64,000 nucleotides of DNA from an uncultured Methylomirabilota bacterium (GCA_963705305.1 OY970067.1:4256001-4320000), one strand, 5' to 3'; shown: positions 32,607 to 44,429, counted from the first letter of the stretch. Numbers and translations: made by a program. The notes: generated by a model from the sequence alone, not told the origin.

Positions 32607-32872
32607 GGGGCTGCCTCCGGCCCGGGTTCCTCCCCGTAGGGGCTCGACCCCGGAGGGAGGGCCTACGGCCCGGAGGGGGGGCGGGGGCGACGGGGCGACA
32701 AGGAGAGAGGGCGAGGGGGCGACCCGGAGAGCCGGAGAAGCGGAGTCTCGGAGGAAAAACGCAGGGGTGCAGGGGTGCACCGCTGCGCCCGGGAGCAGGG
32801 GTAAAGGTGGAATATAGGACTACTGACCACTGACTACTGCTTACTGGCAATGGCGATCTTTGCGTGAGATCA
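32607..32872. repeat. Mosaic intergenic repeat block (palindromic GTAG unit plus 8-mer, 7-mer and 9-mer modules); continues at ~31030-31086 left of the IS
   Basis: cccgggttcctccccgtaggggctcgaccccggagggagggcctacggcccggaggg; ctgaccactgactac; ggcgatctttgcgtgaga; similar in reverse complement to 42632-42868 and 46546-46700. Confidence 0.8.
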
Positions 32873-32912
32873 GGTCCGAGTTCTTTCAAGCAAGGGATCT
32901 GAGCTCGCCATC

Positions 32913-33254
32913 CTATGACGATGTCAGACGCCCGGCTGCCTCGAGGTCGCCGATCTGATCGCCCAACGCCCGCAGCCGGTTGTAGCACTCGCTGATCTCG
33001 GTGTGCGGGAGGACGGGGATCGATCTGTCCATCATGTTCAGCCGATCCCCCAGCCCTCGCGCCTCCTTCAGAATCTGGACGGCGCGCTGCCGCTCCTGGT
33101 CCGGCGGCAGCCGGTCGAAGAATGCTTCGAGACCGTCCTCGTCGCACCGATCCACCAGCTCCAGGAATGTTGCCCGCTCTTCAGCCGAGAGATTGGACGG
33201 GCCCAGGCGCGAGTACACTTTTGTGCGAAATGTTCGAAATCGCAGGTCCGCCAT
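32913..33254 (-). CDS. Hypothetical protein (113 aa)
   Basis: ATG immediately follows the stop of the upstream peptidase; helical, protein-like composition. Confidence 0.65.
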   Translation of the reverse strand: MADLRFRTFRTKVYSRLGPSNLSAEERATFLELVDRCDEDGLEAFFDRLPPDQERQRAVQILKEARGLGDRLNMMDRSIPVLPHTEISECYNRLRALGDQIGDLEAAGRLTSS

Positions 33255-34397
33255 CTATACCTCCAACTCCTTTGGCAGCCGGGTCAAGTTCCGGCAACCC
33301 TCTGCCTCCACCACCACCACGTCCTCGATGCGGACTCCCCCGATGCCCGGATAGTACAGCCCGGGCTCGACGGTGACCACCTGACCCGCCTGGAGAATTG
33401 TCGGGATCTTGCCCAGGCGGGGCAGCTCGTGCACCTCCAGACCCAGCCCATGCCCCGTCCCGTGGAAGAATCCGCGCATCCGGCCGTTCACCTCGCCCGT
33501 CTTGAAGCCGCGGTCCTCCATGGCGGCCTGAACCGCCCGGTGGATCGCCTCTCCATCCTCGCCGGCCCGGATGCGCGCGAACGCCGCCTCCTGTCCTGCC
33601 AGCACCGCGCGGTACATCCGCTGCAGGTGCTCCGAGGCGCGGCCTTTCACCACCGTCCGGGTGATGTCGGCAAAGAAACGGCTGGCGGAGTCCTGCGGGA
33701 AGACATCGATGATGATCGTCTCCTCCGGCCGCAGCGGCCCGCTGCCCTCGTTATGCGGATCGCAGCCATCCTCGCCGCAGGCCACGATGGTATGCTGCGC
33801 AACCAGACCCTCCTCCAAGAGCCGTGCCGCGATGAACCGCTTGACGGTCTCGGAGGTGAGCGGTTTTTCCCGCCACCACAGGATCCCGTCGCGAATCTCG
33901 GCGGCGCGGATTACCCCGATGGCGGCCTCTAGCGCCGCCTCCGTGCGTCGCATGGCCTGAGCAATGGCCTCGACCTCCGTCTCCGTCTTGACCATCCGCT
34001 CTTCGATGAAGGGCTCGCGTTTGACCGTCAGGGCAAAGCCGCGCCCCCGCAGCCCGTCGCCGTACTCGAGAGGAAAGGTGCCGGGAACCTCCAGGCGGCG
34101 GATGCCGCGATCTTTCAGCAGCTCGGCGAGTGAATCCAAAAGCCCGGGGCGCTCGACTCCCGCCTGCTTGGCTCGCTCTTCATAGACGCGGATCGGCAGC
34201 ACCGTGCTTACGGCAGCCCGCGCGCGCGCCCGATCCAGTTCCAGGTCCGACATCAGAAGGATCTTCTCCGACCCATGCCAGAGAAAGACAAAGGCATCGG
34301 GGGCCAGGAAACGAGTGGCGTAGTACAGGTTCGCGTCTGCCTCGCTGGCGGCGATGATCAGCCGCGCGTCAGGCGCTGTTCCAGGGTCGATGTTCAT
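33255..34397 (-). CDS. Xaa-Pro aminopeptidase (M24 family)
   Basis: DPHNEG, IIIDVFP, FADITRT, HGTGHGLGLEVHE, TVEPGLY, GGVRIED. Confidence 0.93.
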   Translation of the reverse strand: MNIDPGTAPDARLIIAASEADANLYYATRFLAPDAFVFLWHGSEKILLMSDLELDRARARAAVSTVLPIRVYEERAKQAGVERPGLLDSLAELLKDRGIRRLEVPGTFPLEYGDGLRGRGFALTVKREPFIEERMVKTETEVEAIAQAMRRTEAALEAAIGVIRAAEIRDGILWWREKPLTSETVKRFIAARLLEEGLVAQHTIVACGEDGCDPHNEGSGPLRPEETIIIDVFPQDSASRFFADITRTVVKGRASEHLQRMYRAVLAGQEAAFARIRAGEDGEAIHRAVQAAMEDRGFKTGEVNGRMRGFFHGTGHGLGLEVHELPRLGKIPTILQAGQVVTVEPGLYYPGIGGVRIEDVVVVEAEGCRNLTRLPKELEV

Positions 34398-34407
34398 GGG
34401 TGGCAGA

Positions 34408-34480
34408 CCACGGTTCGAGGTTCGACGTTCTAGGTTCGAGGTTTGAAAACCGCCAACTTCAAACCACAGTACTTACTGTC
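34408..34480. repeat. Heptamer mosaic repeat, family A
   Basis: ggttcgaggttcgacgttctaggttcgaggtttgaaaaccgcc. Confidence 0.8.
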
Positions 34481-34514
34481 CCACCCTGGGTGCTTGATAT
34501 CATAATCATATATC

Positions 34515-34745
34515 ACAGCCCTTGCGGGCGACCCGAGAGACTGGACCCGCGGCTCGGCCGGTTTCGGGACGCCGTGGCTACGGATGCATCGTACTCAGCA
34601 ATCCGGCCCCGCCCACGGCGCGTCGCGCCCTTCCGAGGGCGGCGGCGCCCGGGTACCCGGCCGGGCACCCTCTGGGTGGGCTGGGTGCAGGCCGAGCGGC
34701 TCTCGACGGGTCCCAAGGCTCGGAGGGCCGGCCGCGAGGGCGGTC
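34515..34745 (+). ncRNA. Candidate structured RNA or palindromic element, copy 1
   Basis: Shares gccggtttcgggacgccgtggc and ccacggcgcg.cgcgcccttccgagggcggcggcgcc with 45625-45819; flanking stems differ in sequence but still pair. Confidence 0.45.
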
Positions 34746-34791
34746 GACCCAACACACAATCCTTATGGACGGGACACGAGAACCATATCCC

Positions 34792-35943
34792 CTACGCCTG
34801 ATGCATCGTCATAGGCTCGAGGAGGGGGGTCCCCGAGCGAAAGCGGCCTACGCCGAGCGGACTGATATCGATGCTCGGACATCCGGTCAAGAGCAGCTCG
34901 GCCATCATCTTGCCCGTGGCAGGGCCGTGCATGAAACCGTGTCCGCTGTAGCCCGCGGCCACATAGAATCCCTGGATCTCCGGCACCGCTCCCAGGATGG
35001 CATTGTTATCGGGGCTGATCTCGTACGAGCCGGCCCAGCCACGGTTGATCTCCGCCGATTCCAGGAGGGGAAGTCGCACCAGAGCCGTGGCCACGCTCTC
35101 GGCCAGGTGGTCCCAGTCTACATTGGTGTTGAATGTGCTCTCCACGTCCTTCGGCCCGGAGAACAGGCAGCCGCCCATGTCGCCCCGGAAGTACCAGTTG
35201 CGATGGTAGTCGATCGTGACTGGGGGCTCCGTCGCGAACGCGGGCACGGGGTGGGTGGTGAAGATCTGCCGCCGGAAGGGCTTGATTGGAATGTCCACCC
35301 CCGCCATCTCCCCCACCAGACCTGCCGCCGCTCCTGCGGCATTCACCACGACCGGCGCATGGATGGGCCCGTCGGCGGTTTCGACTCCCATCATCAGCCC
35401 GCTCGATTGGAGCACCCCGGTGACCGCCCGCCGCTCGTGAATCTTGACCCCGAGCCGGCGCGCCGCCGCCGCATAGCCCATCGTCACTTCGTACGGAGCG
35501 GCATACCCGTCGGTCGGACAATGGGCCCCGCCGATGATCCCGTCCACTTGGAGATAGGGGACAAGCCTCTTGATCTCATCCACCCAGACGATCCGCACGG
35601 CAATACCATAGCGCTTTTGCAAGGCCGCGTTCGCTTGGAACAACTCCATCTCTTGCGGGGTGGTGGCCATGAAGAGATAGCCCACCTGGTGAAAGCCTGG
35701 ATCCACTTCCAATTCTTCGGGCATCCGGCGGAACAGCTTCAGGCTCTCCAGGGAGAGGCGGATGTTTACTTCGGTGGCAAATTGCTGTCGGATCCCGCCT
35801 GCGGACTTCCCCGTAGAGCCGGAGCAGATGAGGTCCTTGTCCAGCACCACGACCTTGGGATTCCCCAGCGTGGCCAGGTGGTAGGCAATGCTGCAGCCCA
35901 CGATTCCCGCACCAATGATGACGATATCGGCTGTTTCTGCCAT
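34792..35943 (-). CDS. FAD-dependent oxidoreductase (DAO/sarcosine oxidase beta-like)
   Basis: IIGAGIVGCSIAYHL, GSTGKSAGGIRQQF, VVNAAG, GYSGHGFMHGPATG. Confidence 0.92.
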   Translation of the reverse strand: MAETADIVIIGAGIVGCSIAYHLATLGNPKVVVLDKDLICSGSTGKSAGGIRQQFATEVNIRLSLESLKLFRRMPEELEVDPGFHQVGYLFMATTPQEMELFQANAALQKRYGIAVRIVWVDEIKRLVPYLQVDGIIGGAHCPTDGYAAPYEVTMGYAAAARRLGVKIHERRAVTGVLQSSGLMMGVETADGPIHAPVVVNAAGAAAGLVGEMAGVDIPIKPFRRQIFTTHPVPAFATEPPVTIDYHRNWYFRGDMGGCLFSGPKDVESTFNTNVDWDHLAESVATALVRLPLLESAEINRGWAGSYEISPDNNAILGAVPEIQGFYVAAGYSGHGFMHGPATGKMMAELLLTGCPSIDISPLGVGRFRSGTPLLEPMTMHQA

Positions 35944-36104
35944 GCTGCACGCGAAATGTGAATCGGGATACACAAATGCCCGCGCGACGACCGCCGGGAA
36001 AAATACGGGGCGAGCACGGGCAGAGAATCGAAACGCTTAGCCGTCTCCGCCGATTACGGCGAGTAACTCTATCCTCCACGCAAGAGCGGTGTCAAGGCAA
36101 AGGT

Positions 36105-36248
36105 TAGCTTCGCAGTTCGAGGTTCGAAGTTCTAGGTCCGAGGTTGGAAAACCGCAGCACTTCGAACTATTTCTAACCGCCGTACTTCGCACCGTCCTGA
36201 ATCACGGTTCGACGTTCGAAAACCGCAGCACGTCGAACCGTCTTCCCC
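36105..36248. repeat. Heptamer mosaic repeat, family A
   Basis: gttcgaggttcgaagttctagg...aaaaccgcagcacgtcgaaccg. Confidence 0.8.
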
Positions 36249-37682
36249 TTAAGGAAGACTCGTCTCCCCCATCAGGAACCGGTCCACGCCCTTGGCGGTC
36301 TCCCGGCCCTCGTGGATGGCCCACACGATCAGTGACTGGCCCCGCGCCATGTCGCCCGCCGCGAACACGCCGGGCACGCTCGTCATCTTGTTCTCGTCGA
36401 CGGCCACGTTCCCGCGTGGGGTGATCTCCACCTCGAGCTGCGCCAGGACGCCGTCCCGCTCCGGGCCCAGGAAGCCCATCGCCAGAAGCACCAGGTCGGT
36501 TTCGATCTCGAAGGCGCTGCCCGGGACCTCCCGCATCCGCTGTCCCACGTTCCCGTCGGGGACGAACTCGACGCGCATGGCGTGCAGGCGCTCCACCCTG
36601 CCGCTGCCGGAGAACCGGGTCGTGGAGATGCAAAAGTCGCGCGTCCCGCCCTCCTCGTGGGCCGAGGAGGTGCGCAGGATATTCGGCCACAGCGGCCAGG
36701 GATTGTCGAGCGCCCGCTCTGCGGGCGGGGCCGGCAGCAGTTCCAGCTGGTGCACCGAAAGCGCCCCCTGCCGGTGCGCCGTCCCCAGGCAGTCGGCCCC
36801 CGTGTCGCCGCCGCCGATGATCACCACCCGCTTCCCCTCCGCGCTGATGAATCGCTCTTCCGGAATGGGATCGCCCAGGCAGCGCCGGTTCTGCAGGGGC
36901 AGGTAGTCCATGGCGAAGTGGATCCCGTCCAGCTCGCGGCCGGGAGCCTTCAGGTCGCGCGGCAGCGTGGCGCCGCCGGCCAGCAGGATAGCGTCAAAGG
37001 TCCGACGCAGGGCCTCCACCGGAATATTCTTCCCCACGTCGGCATTGGTCCGAAACGCTATGCCCTCCTGCGACAAGAGGTGCAGGCGGCGATCCAGGAC
37101 GCGCTTCTCCATCTTGAACTCGGGGATCCCATAGCGCAGCAATCCCCCGATCCGGTCCGCCCGTTCGAACACCGTCACCCAGTGGCCGGCCCGGTTGAGC
37201 TGCTGGGCCGCCGCCAGCCCGGCCGGCCCGGACCCCACGACCGCCACGCGCTTGCCGGTGCGGACCAGCGGAGGCTCGGGCGCGATCCAGCCCTCGCGAA
37301 AGGCGTGGTCGATGATCTCCAGCTCGATCTGCTTGATCGTCACCGCCGGCTGGCCGATCCCCAGGACGCAGGATCCCTCGCACGGGGCGGGGCACAGGCG
37401 TCCCGTGAACTCGGGGAAGTTATTGGTGGCGTGCAGGCGGTCCAGCGCCTCCCGCCAGCGGTTCTTGAAGACCATGTCGTTCCAGTCCGGGATGATGTTG
37501 CCCAGCGGGCAGCCCCGGTGGCAGAACGGAACGCCGCAGTCCATGCAGCGGGCGGCTTGCAGCCGGAGCTTCTCCTTGGGGAAGTCCTGGTAGACCTCCC
37601 GCCAGTCCTTGATGCGCTCTTCGACCGGCCGGCGCTCGGCCGTCTCGCGCGTATATTCCATGAAACCGGTCGACTTACCCAT
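36249..37682 (-). CDS. gltD: Glutamate synthase small subunit
   Basis: [61 protein letters not shown]. Confidence 0.96.
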   Translation of the reverse strand: MGKSTGFMEYTRETAERRPVEERIKDWREVYQDFPKEKLRLQAARCMDCGVPFCHRGCPLGNIIPDWNDMVFKNRWREALDRLHATNNFPEFTGRLCPAPCEGSCVLGIGQPAVTIKQIELEIIDHAFREGWIAPEPPLVRTGKRVAVVGSGPAGLAAAQQLNRAGHWVTVFERADRIGGLLRYGIPEFKMEKRVLDRRLHLLSQEGIAFRTNADVGKNIPVEALRRTFDAILLAGGATLPRDLKAPGRELDGIHFAMDYLPLQNRRCLGDPIPEERFISAEGKRVVIIGGGDTGADCLGTAHRQGALSVHQLELLPAPPAERALDNPWPLWPNILRTSSAHEEGGTRDFCISTTRFSGSGRVERLHAMRVEFVPDGNVGQRMREVPGSAFEIETDLVLLAMGFLGPERDGVLAQLEVEITPRGNVAVDENKMTSVPGVFAAGDMARGQSLIVWAIHEGRETAKGVDRFLMGETSLP

Positions 37683-40600
37683 TGCGCACCCCCAACAGCT
37701 CCTGCCAGGTCGCCTCCCGCCCTTCCTCCCTTGCCTTGGCCTGGGCGGCCAGCACCCGACGGTAGTCCCGCGGCATGATGCGGACGAACTTCGGCAGCAT
37801 CCGCTCCCAGTTGGCCAGCACCTTCTTGCCCCGGCTGCTGTGCGTCTGCTCCGCGTGCTTGCGGACGAGGTCCCACACCAGCTGCACATCCTCCGGGTCG
37901 TCCAGCGGCTCCAGGTCCACCATCTCCTGGTTGCAGCGTCGGTGGAAATCCCCTTCCTCGTCCAGGACGTAGGCCACGCCGCCGCTCATCCCCGCCGCGA
38001 AATTTCGCCCGGTCCGGCCCAGGACCACCACTCGGCCGCCGGTCATGTACTCGCACCCGTGATCCCCCACCCCCTCGACCACGGCGTGGGCGCCGCTGTT
38101 CCGGACGCCGAACCGCTCGCCGGCCATGCCCCGGAAGAATGCCTCGCCGGATGTGGCCCCGTACAGGACGACGTTGCCCGCCAGGATGTTCTCCTCGGCC
38201 ACGAAGGTGGCCGCGGCCGGCGGGAAGACGATGATCCGGCCGCCCGACAGGCCCTTCCCCAGGTAGTCGTTGGCGTCCCCCTCGAGGGTGAGGGTGATCC
38301 CGCGTGGGACGAAGGCGCCGAAGCTCTGGCCGGCCGACCCGCTGAATTTGACCCTGATGGTGTCGTCCGGGAGGCCCCGGCCGCCGTACCGCTTGGTCAC
38401 GTGGTAGCCCAGGATGGTCCCCACCGTCCGGTTGGTGTTCCGGATTGGCAGCTCCAGCGACACGGGCGTTCCGTGCCCCAACGCCTCCCGGCACAGCGGA
38501 ACGAGCTGATTATCCAGCGCGTTGTCCAGGCCGTGATCCTGCGGCTGGACCCTGCGGACGGCCACGTGCGGCGGCGCCTGGGGCTGCATCAGGATCTTGG
38601 AGAAGTCCAGCCCCTGGGCCTTCCAGTGGTCGACCGCCTTCCGCACGTCCAGGCGGTCCACCCGGCCGATCATTTCGTCCATCGTCCGGAAGCCCAGCTT
38701 GGCCATCAGCTCGCGCACCTCTTCCGCGATGAAGTGGAAGAAGTTCACCACGTGCTCGGGCTTGCCGGTGAAGCGCTTGCGCAGCTCGGGGTTCTGCGTG
38801 GCCACCCCCACCGGGCAGGTGTCCAGGTGGCAGACCCGCATCATCACGCAGCCCATGACCACCAGGGGCGCGGTGGCGAACCCAAACTCCTCGGCGCCCA
38901 GGAGGGCCGCCACCACCACGTCGCGGCCGGTCTTCAGCTGCCCGTCGGTCTGCACGACGATCCGCCCCCGCAGATCGTTCATGACCAGGGTCTGCTGGGT
39001 CTCGGCCAGCCCCAGCTCCCACGGAATGCCGGAGTGCTTGATGCTGGTGAGGGGCGACGCCCCCGTGCCGCCGTCGTGGCCGCTGATCAGGACCACGTCG
39101 GCGTGGGCCTTCGAGACCCCGGCGGCCACCGTCCCCACGCCCACCTCGGCCACCAGCTTGACGCTCACCCGCGCCGCGGGGTTGGAGTTCTTCAGGTCGT
39201 AGATGAGCTGGGCCAAATCCTCGATGGAGTAGATGTCGTGGTGCGGCGGCGGCGAGATCAGCTGCACGCCCGGTGTGGAGAAGCGCACCTTGGCGATCCA
39301 GGGGTAGACCTTCTGGCCGGGGAGCTGCCCGCCCTCCCCCGGCTTGGCCCCTTGGGCCATCTTGATCTGCAGCTCTTCGGCGTTGACCAGGTACTCGCTG
39401 GTCACGCCGAAGCGGCCCGACGCCACCTGCTTGACCGCGCTACGGCGCCAGTCGCCGTTCGCGTCCCGCGCGAACCGCGCCGGGTCCTCGCCGCCCTCCC
39501 CCGTGTTGCTCCTGCCCCCCAGCCGGTTCATGGCGATGGCCAGGGTCTCGTGCGCCTCCTGGCTGATGGAGCCGTAGGACATCGCGCCGGTGGCAAAGCG
39601 CTTGACGATGGCCTCCACCGGCTCGACCTCCTCGAGCGGGATCGGCTGCTCCGCGAATTGCAGCTCCAGCAGGCCGCGGAGGGTGGCCAGGCGCCGGCTC
39701 TGGTCGTTGACGAGCTGGCTGTATTCCTTGAAAACGGTGTACTGGCCGGTCCGCGTGGCGTGCTGCAGCTTGAAGATGGTGTCGGGATTGAAGAGGTGGT
39801 ACTCGCCGTCCTGCCGCCACTGGTACTCGCCGCCCCACTCCAGGTCGGGCTTCTGCACCAGGCGGGCGGGGAAGGCCCGCCGGTGCCGCCGCAGCGTCTC
39901 CTCGGCGATGACGTCCATTCCGACGCCGCCGACGCGCGAGGCGGTCCAGGTGAAGTAGGTGTCCACGAAGGCCTTGTCCAGGCCGATGGCCTCGAAGATC
40001 TGCGCGCCGCAGTAGCTCTGGATGGTGGAGATCCCCATCTTGGACATGACCTTGAGGATCCCCTTGTTCAGGGCCTTGATGTAGTTCTTGACCGCCTTGG
40101 CGTGGTCGACATCCGGCGGCAGCATCCCCTGCCGGATCATGTCGTCCAAGGTCTCGAAGGCCAGGTAGGGGTTGATGGCGCCCGCGCCGTACCCCATGAG
40201 CAGCGCCGCGTGATGGACCTCCCGCACCTCGCCGGTCTCGATGATCAGCCCCACCTTCGTCCGCGTGCCCTGCCGCACCAGGTGGTGGTGGACGCCGGCC
40301 GTGGCCAGCAGGGCCGGGATGGGGGCGTTCTCCAGGTCCACGCCGCGGTCCGACAGAATCAGCAAGGTGTAGCCGCGCTCGATGGCCTGGCTGGCCTTCC
40401 GGCATAGCTCGTCCAACGCCCGCGCCAGGCCGTCGCTCCCCTGCGCGGCCGGGAACAGCATCGGCAGCGTGGCGCAGCGGAAGCCGCCCACGGTGATGTG
40501 GCGCAGCTTGGCCAGCTCGTGGTTGTCCAGGATCGGGTAGGCAATCGTGATCTGATGACAGCTCTCCGGCTCGGCCTTCAGCAGGTTGCGCTCGGGGCCG

Positions 40601-42225
40601 ACCGTGCTCTCCATGGAGGTGACCAGCTCTTCCCGGATGGCGTCCAGCGGCGGGTTGGTGACCTGGGCGAAGAGTTGCTTGAAATAGTCGTACAGCATCC
40701 GCGGCCAGTTGGACAGGACGGCCAGCGAGGTGTCCGTGCCCATGGAGCCCACCGGCTCCTGGCCGTTGACCGCCATGGGGGCCATGAGGATCCTGAGATC
40801 CTCATGGGTGTAGCCGAAGGCCTGCTGGCGCCGCAGCACCGTCTCGTGGTCGGGCTCCGCCACGGGGGCCGCCGGCACGTCCTTCAGGGACAGCATGTGC
40901 TGGCGCAGCCACTCGGCGTACGGCTTCTCGGTGGCGATGGTGTGCTTCAGCTCGGCGTCGTCGATGATCCGCCCCTGGGCCGTGTCCACCAGGAACATCC
41001 GGCCGGGGTGCAGCCGCTCCTTCAGCAGGATGTCCTCGGCCGGGATGTCTAGGACCCCCACCTCGGACGCCATCACGACCAGACCGTCCTTGGTGACGTA
41101 ATAGCGCGACGGGCGCAGGCCGTTCCGGTCCAGGACCGCCCCGATTACCGTGCCGTCGGTGAAGGCGATGGAGGCGGGGCCGTCCCACGGCTCCATCAGG
41201 CAGGAGTGGTACTCGTAGAAGGCCCGCTTCTCCCGGCTCATGCTCTCGTGGCCGCTCCACGCCTCGGGGATCAGCATCATGACCGCGTGCGGCAGCGAGC
41301 GGCCGCACATCACCAGCATCTCCAGGGTGTTGTCCAGCATGGCCGAGTCGCTGCCACCCTCCCGGATGACGGGCAGCAGGTCCGTGATCCGGTCGCCGAA
41401 CAGCTCGGACTCGAACAGCCGCTCGCGGGCGTGCATCCAGTTGATGTTCCCGCGCAGCGTGTTGATCTCCCCGTTGTGGGCCAGGTAGCGGAACGGATGG
41501 GCCAGCGACCAGGTGGGGAACGTGTTGGTGCTGAACCGCTGGTGGACAAGGGCCAGCGCGCTCTCCACGGCCGGGTCGGTCACGTCCGGGAAGTAGGTCT
41601 CGATCTGGTCGGCCGAGAGCATCCCCTTGTAGACGATGGTGTTGCAGGACAGGCTGCCGACGTAGAAGAAGTGGCGCTGCTTGAGGCCGGAGGTCTGGAC
41701 GCCGTTCTCCACCCGCTTGCGGATGAGGAACAGGATCCGCTCGAAGTGGGCGGCGTCGCGGATGGTGCCGCCCCGGCCGATGAACACTTGGCGGAACACC
41801 GGCTCGCCCCGCTTGGCCGTCTCGCCGATGGGGCTGTTGTCGGTGCGGACATCGCGCCAGCCCAGGGGGACCTGGCCCTCCTCCCGCGCGATCCGGTCGA
41901 ACAGCGCCTGGCATGCGAAGCGCTCGGTGGGATCGGTCGGCAGGGAGACCATGCCAACGGCGTAGTGCTGGGGCGGAGGCAGCTCGATCCCGATCCGCCG
42001 GCATTCGCGGCGCAGAAACGCGTCGGGCAGCTGGAGCAGGATGCCGGCCCCGTCTCCGGTGTTCTTCTCGCAGCCGCAGGCCCCCCGGTGGAGGAGATTC
42101 TTCAGGACGGTGAGCGCCTTGGCGACGATCTCATGGGACTTCCGCCCCTTGATATCGACCACGAAGCCGACCCCGCAGCTGTCGTGCTCGTACCGCGGGT
42201 CGTAGAGTCCCTGCGCCTCCGGCAT
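37675..42225 (-). CDS. gltB: Glutamate synthase large subunit
   Basis: [70 protein letters not shown]. Confidence 0.97.
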   Translation of the reverse strand: MPEAQGLYDPRYEHDSCGVGFVVDIKGRKSHEIVAKALTVLKNLLHRGACGCEKNTGDGAGILLQLPDAFLRRECRRIGIELPPPQHYAVGMVSLPTDPTERFACQALFDRIAREEGQVPLGWRDVRTDNSPIGETAKRGEPVFRQVFIGRGGTIRDAAHFERILFLIRKRVENGVQTSGLKQRHFFYVGSLSCNTIVYKGMLSADQIETYFPDVTDPAVESALALVHQRFSTNTFPTWSLAHPFRYLAHNGEINTLRGNINWMHARERLFESELFGDRITDLLPVIREGGSDSAMLDNTLEMLVMCGRSLPHAVMMLIPEAWSGHESMSREKRAFYEYHSCLMEPWDGPASIAFTDGTVIGAVLDRNGLRPSRYYVTKDGLVVMASEVGVLDIPAEDILLKERLHPGRMFLVDTAQGRIIDDAELKHTIATEKPYAEWLRQHMLSLKDVPAAPVAEPDHETVLRRQQAFGYTHEDLRILMAPMAVNGQEPVGSMGTDTSLAVLSNWPRMLYDYFKQLFAQVTNPPLDAIREELVTSMESTVGPERNLLKAEPESCHQITIAYPILDNHELAKLRHITVGGFRCATLPMLFPAAQGSDGLARALDELCRKASQAIERGYTLLILSDRGVDLENAPIPALLATAGVHHHLVRQGTRTKVGLIIETGEVREVHHAALLMGYGAGAINPYLAFETLDDMIRQGMLPPDVDHAKAVKNYIKALNKGILKVMSKMGISTIQSYCGAQIFEAIGLDKAFVDTYFTWTASRVGGVGMDVIAEETLRRHRRAFPARLVQKPDLEWGGEYQWRQDGEYHLFNPDTIFKLQHATRTGQYTVFKEYSQLVNDQSRRLATLRGLLELQFAEQPIPLEEVEPVEAIVKRFATGAMSYGSISQEAHETLAIAMNRLGGRSNTGEGGEDPARFARDANGDWRRSAVKQVASGRFGVTSEYLVNAEELQIKMAQGAKPGEGGQLPGQKVYPWIAKVRFSTPGVQLISPPPHHDIYSIEDLAQLIYDLKNSNPAARVSVKLVAEVGVGTVAAGVSKAHADVVLISGHDGGTGASPLTSIKHSGIPWELGLAETQQTLVMNDLRGRIVVQTDGQLKTGRDVVVAALLGAEEFGFATAPLVVMGCVMMRVCHLDTCPVGVATQNPELRKRFTGKPEHVVNFFHFIAEEVRELMAKLGFRTMDEMIGRVDRLDVRKAVDHWKAQGLDFSKILMQPQAPPHVAVRRVQPQDHGLDNALDNQLVPLCREALGHGTPVSLELPIRNTNRTVGTILGYHVTKRYGGRGLPDDTIRVKFSGSAGQSFGAFVPRGITLTLEGDANDYLGKGLSGGRIIVFPPAAATFVAEENILAGNVVLYGATSGEAFFRGMAGERFGVRNSGAHAVVEGVGDHGCEYMTGGRVVVLGRTGRNFAAGMSGGVAYVLDEEGDFHRRCNQEMVDLEPLDDPEDVQLVWDLVRKHAEQTHSSRGKKVLANWERMLPKFVRIMPRDYRRVLAAQAKAREEGREATWQELLGVRNG

Positions 42226-42239
42226 CCCGATCTCCCACT

Positions 42240-42868
42240 CGCCCTTTCGCGCCCTCTCTCTCCCTCGCCCCTGCTCCTCAGCGCCCCTGCTCTCCACCTT
42301 ACATCCCTCCCAAATCCGACGTCTCACGCCAAGAATGCCATTTCTCAATTTCGAATTTCGAACTTCGAAATTCGAATTCTCCTGGTCGCCCCCTCGCCTT
42401 GTCGCCCGCTCGCCCCTGCCCCCCCTCCGGGCCGTAGGCCCTCTCGGGCTGCGGGCAGCTCCCCTGCGCCCCTGCAGCTCTCTGCCCTTGAGTGGCCGCA
42501 ATTTGCCAGGAAGAGACCCGGGTGTCAAGATAAGTTACGCCAAATGTTGAATATACTTTGCATAAGTTTTACTTATTTAGTATGCTCTAGCAGATGGCCG
42601 TTCCCGTGCCGCGAGGAAAGATTGGAATCTGCTCTCACGCCAAGATCGCCATTGCCAGTGTGCAGAAGGCAGCGGTCAGTGGTCAGCCTCCAGCCCGGGT
42701 TCCTCCCCGTAGGGGCTCCACCCCGGAGGGAGGGCCTACGGCCCGGAGGGTGGTCAGTGGTCCTGCATTCCACCTGCGCCTCTGCGCCTCCTCGCCTCTT
42801 CGCTCTATGCACCATGCTCTTTGCCCCCTTTCGCCCCCTCTCCCCCTGCGCCTTGTCGCCCCCTCGCC
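42240..42868. repeat. Mosaic repeat blocks flanking an AT-rich regulatory core
   Basis: ttcgaatttcgaacttcgaaattcgaat heptamers, cgccccct octamers, tctcacgccaagatcgcc, ggtcagtggtcag; palindromic unit at 42694-42750. Confidence 0.8.
42562..42576. promoter_or_regulatory. Candidate LysR binding box between gltB and the divergent lysR
   Basis: ATAAG-TTTTA-CTTAT dyad containing T-N11-A. Confidence 0.6.
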
Positions 42869-43033
42869 CAGGCTGCTCAAAAAGGCCCAGGTGCAAGGCG
42901 CCGCGCGATCCGCGGGGTGCCCACTGGAGGTGGGTCGGAGGCGTACTTAGCACGTACGTCGCAGCACCGCGGGAACGCGCGGGTACCCGGCCGTAGGCTG
43001 GGTGTCCGCAGATGGGCCTTTTTCAGCAGACTG
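42869..43033. mobile_element. MITE-like element (~165 bp)
   Basis: TIR CAGGCTGCTCAAAAAGGCCCA / TGGGCCTTTTTCAGCAGACTG (19/21 match); no coding capacity. Confidence 0.75.
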
Positions 43034-43046
43034 CTAGGAGGTGGCC

Positions 43047-43943
43047 ATGAACCTTGAGACCCTCAAGCTCTACTGTGACATCGTTCGGCTGCGCAGCTTC
43101 TCGCAAGGTGCAACGGCCAACAAGATCTCGCAGTCCGCCGCCACCCAGGCCATCCAGCAGCTCGAGAGCGAGCTCGACGTCCGGCTGATCGACCGCACCA
43201 AACGGCCGTTCATGCTAACATCCGAGGGCCAGACCTTCTATGACGGCGTCTTCGTGCTCCTCGAGAGCTATGAAAAGGTCCGCACGGCCATCGCCTCCAG
43301 CCGGACGCAGATGACCGGGATCGTCCGGGTCGCCGCCATCTACTCCGTCGGCATCCACATCATGAGCGACCACATGCAGCGTTTCATGTCCCTCTACCCC
43401 CAGGCCAAGGTGCGGCTGGAGTACCTCCATCCCCACCGGGTCGTCGAGGCCGTCTTGAACGACGAGGCGGACCTGGGCCTGCTCTCCTACCCCCCGGCGA
43501 ACCGCTCGCTCACCATCCTTCCCTGGCGCTCCGAGACCATGGTCTTCGTCTGCCACCCGTCCCACCGCTTGGCCCGGCGCAGGATTATCGGCGCGGCCGA
43601 TCTCAACAACCAGAACTTCGTCGCCTTCGATGCCAACCTCAGAATCCGGAAGGCCATCGACCGCGCCCTGCACCAGCACGACGCCAGGGTCACCGTCGTC
43701 ATGGAGTTCGACAACATCGAGACCATCAAGCAAGCCATCGGCGTGGGGGCCGGCGTGAGCATCCTGCCGCAACCCACCATTCTGAAAGAGGTAGCCAACC
43801 GCACCCTGGCGTCGGTCCCGATGGCTATCCCCGGCATGGTCCGCCCCCTCGGCATCATCCACCGCCGGGGCAAGATCCTGACCCCCACCATCAACCGCTT
43901 CCTGGAGCTCCTCCGCCAACCCGATCAGGCCCCCGGCGACTAG
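43047..43943 (+). CDS. LysR-family transcriptional regulator
   Basis: SFSQGA..ISQSAATQAIQQLESEL..LIDRTKR; MEFDNIETIKQAI..GAGVSILP. Confidence 0.93.
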   Translation: MNLETLKLYCDIVRLRSFSQGATANKISQSAATQAIQQLESELDVRLIDRTKRPFMLTSEGQTFYDGVFVLLESYEKVRTAIASSRTQMTGIVRVAAIYSVGIHIMSDHMQRFMSLYPQAKVRLEYLHPHRVVEAVLNDEADLGLLSYPPANRSLTILPWRSETMVFVCHPSHRLARRRIIGAADLNNQNFVAFDANLRIRKAIDRALHQHDARVTVVMEFDNIETIKQAIGVGAGVSILPQPTILKEVANRTLASVPMAIPGMVRPLGIIHRRGKILTPTINRFLELLRQPDQAPGD

Positions 43944-43979
43944 CCCAGCGCTGAGCTCGCCAATCTCGCGATATTGGGA

Positions 43980-44425
43980 AACGGGGTGTCGGTGAACCGG
44001 TGAGGCGGGGCTGCCATGGGCCTCGAACCTGATCTCACGCAAAGATCGCCAAGAAGAACCCCTTGTTGTTCCGGACTTTAGATCCGAACCTATCCCTGCC
44101 CGACTTTGCGACCTTTGCGTGCTTAGCGTGAGAATATTCCGAGTTGCTCGCTATGATCGTCAAACTTGCGATAGTGGGAAACGGCGAACCGGAGTGTCGG
44201 GGAACCGGTGAGGCGGAGAACCGCGGAACTGAAGGCGGGGGCGAGTGGTCAGTAGCGTGAGGAAAGCCCCGATCCTGTTCTCACGCAAAGATCGCCAAGA
44301 CAAGCTTTTCATTTCGAAATTCGAACTTCGAAATTCGAATTTTCCCCCGCGCCCTTTGCGTGAGAAATCCGAGCCCTGTCCCACGCCAAGATCGGCAAGT
44401 CAGGCTTTTCAATTTCGAATTCTCT
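43980..44425. repeat. Mosaic repeat block
   Basis: Duplicated gggaaacgg...gtcgg.gaaccggtgaggcgg; tctcacgcaaagatcgccaag and inverted ctttgcgtgaga; ttcgaaattcgaacttcgaaattcgaat. Confidence 0.8.
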
Positions 44426-44429
44426 TCCA

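Noticed and set aside
21945..40407. Long + strand ORFs (21945-24821, 27139-29715, 37609-40407 and similar)
   Set aside because: Antisense shadows of high-GC genes on the minus strand; no recognisable motifs.
42226..42528. N-terminal extension of gltB
   Set aside because: It is translated mosaic repeat; GltB similarity begins at [10 protein letters not shown] (42225).
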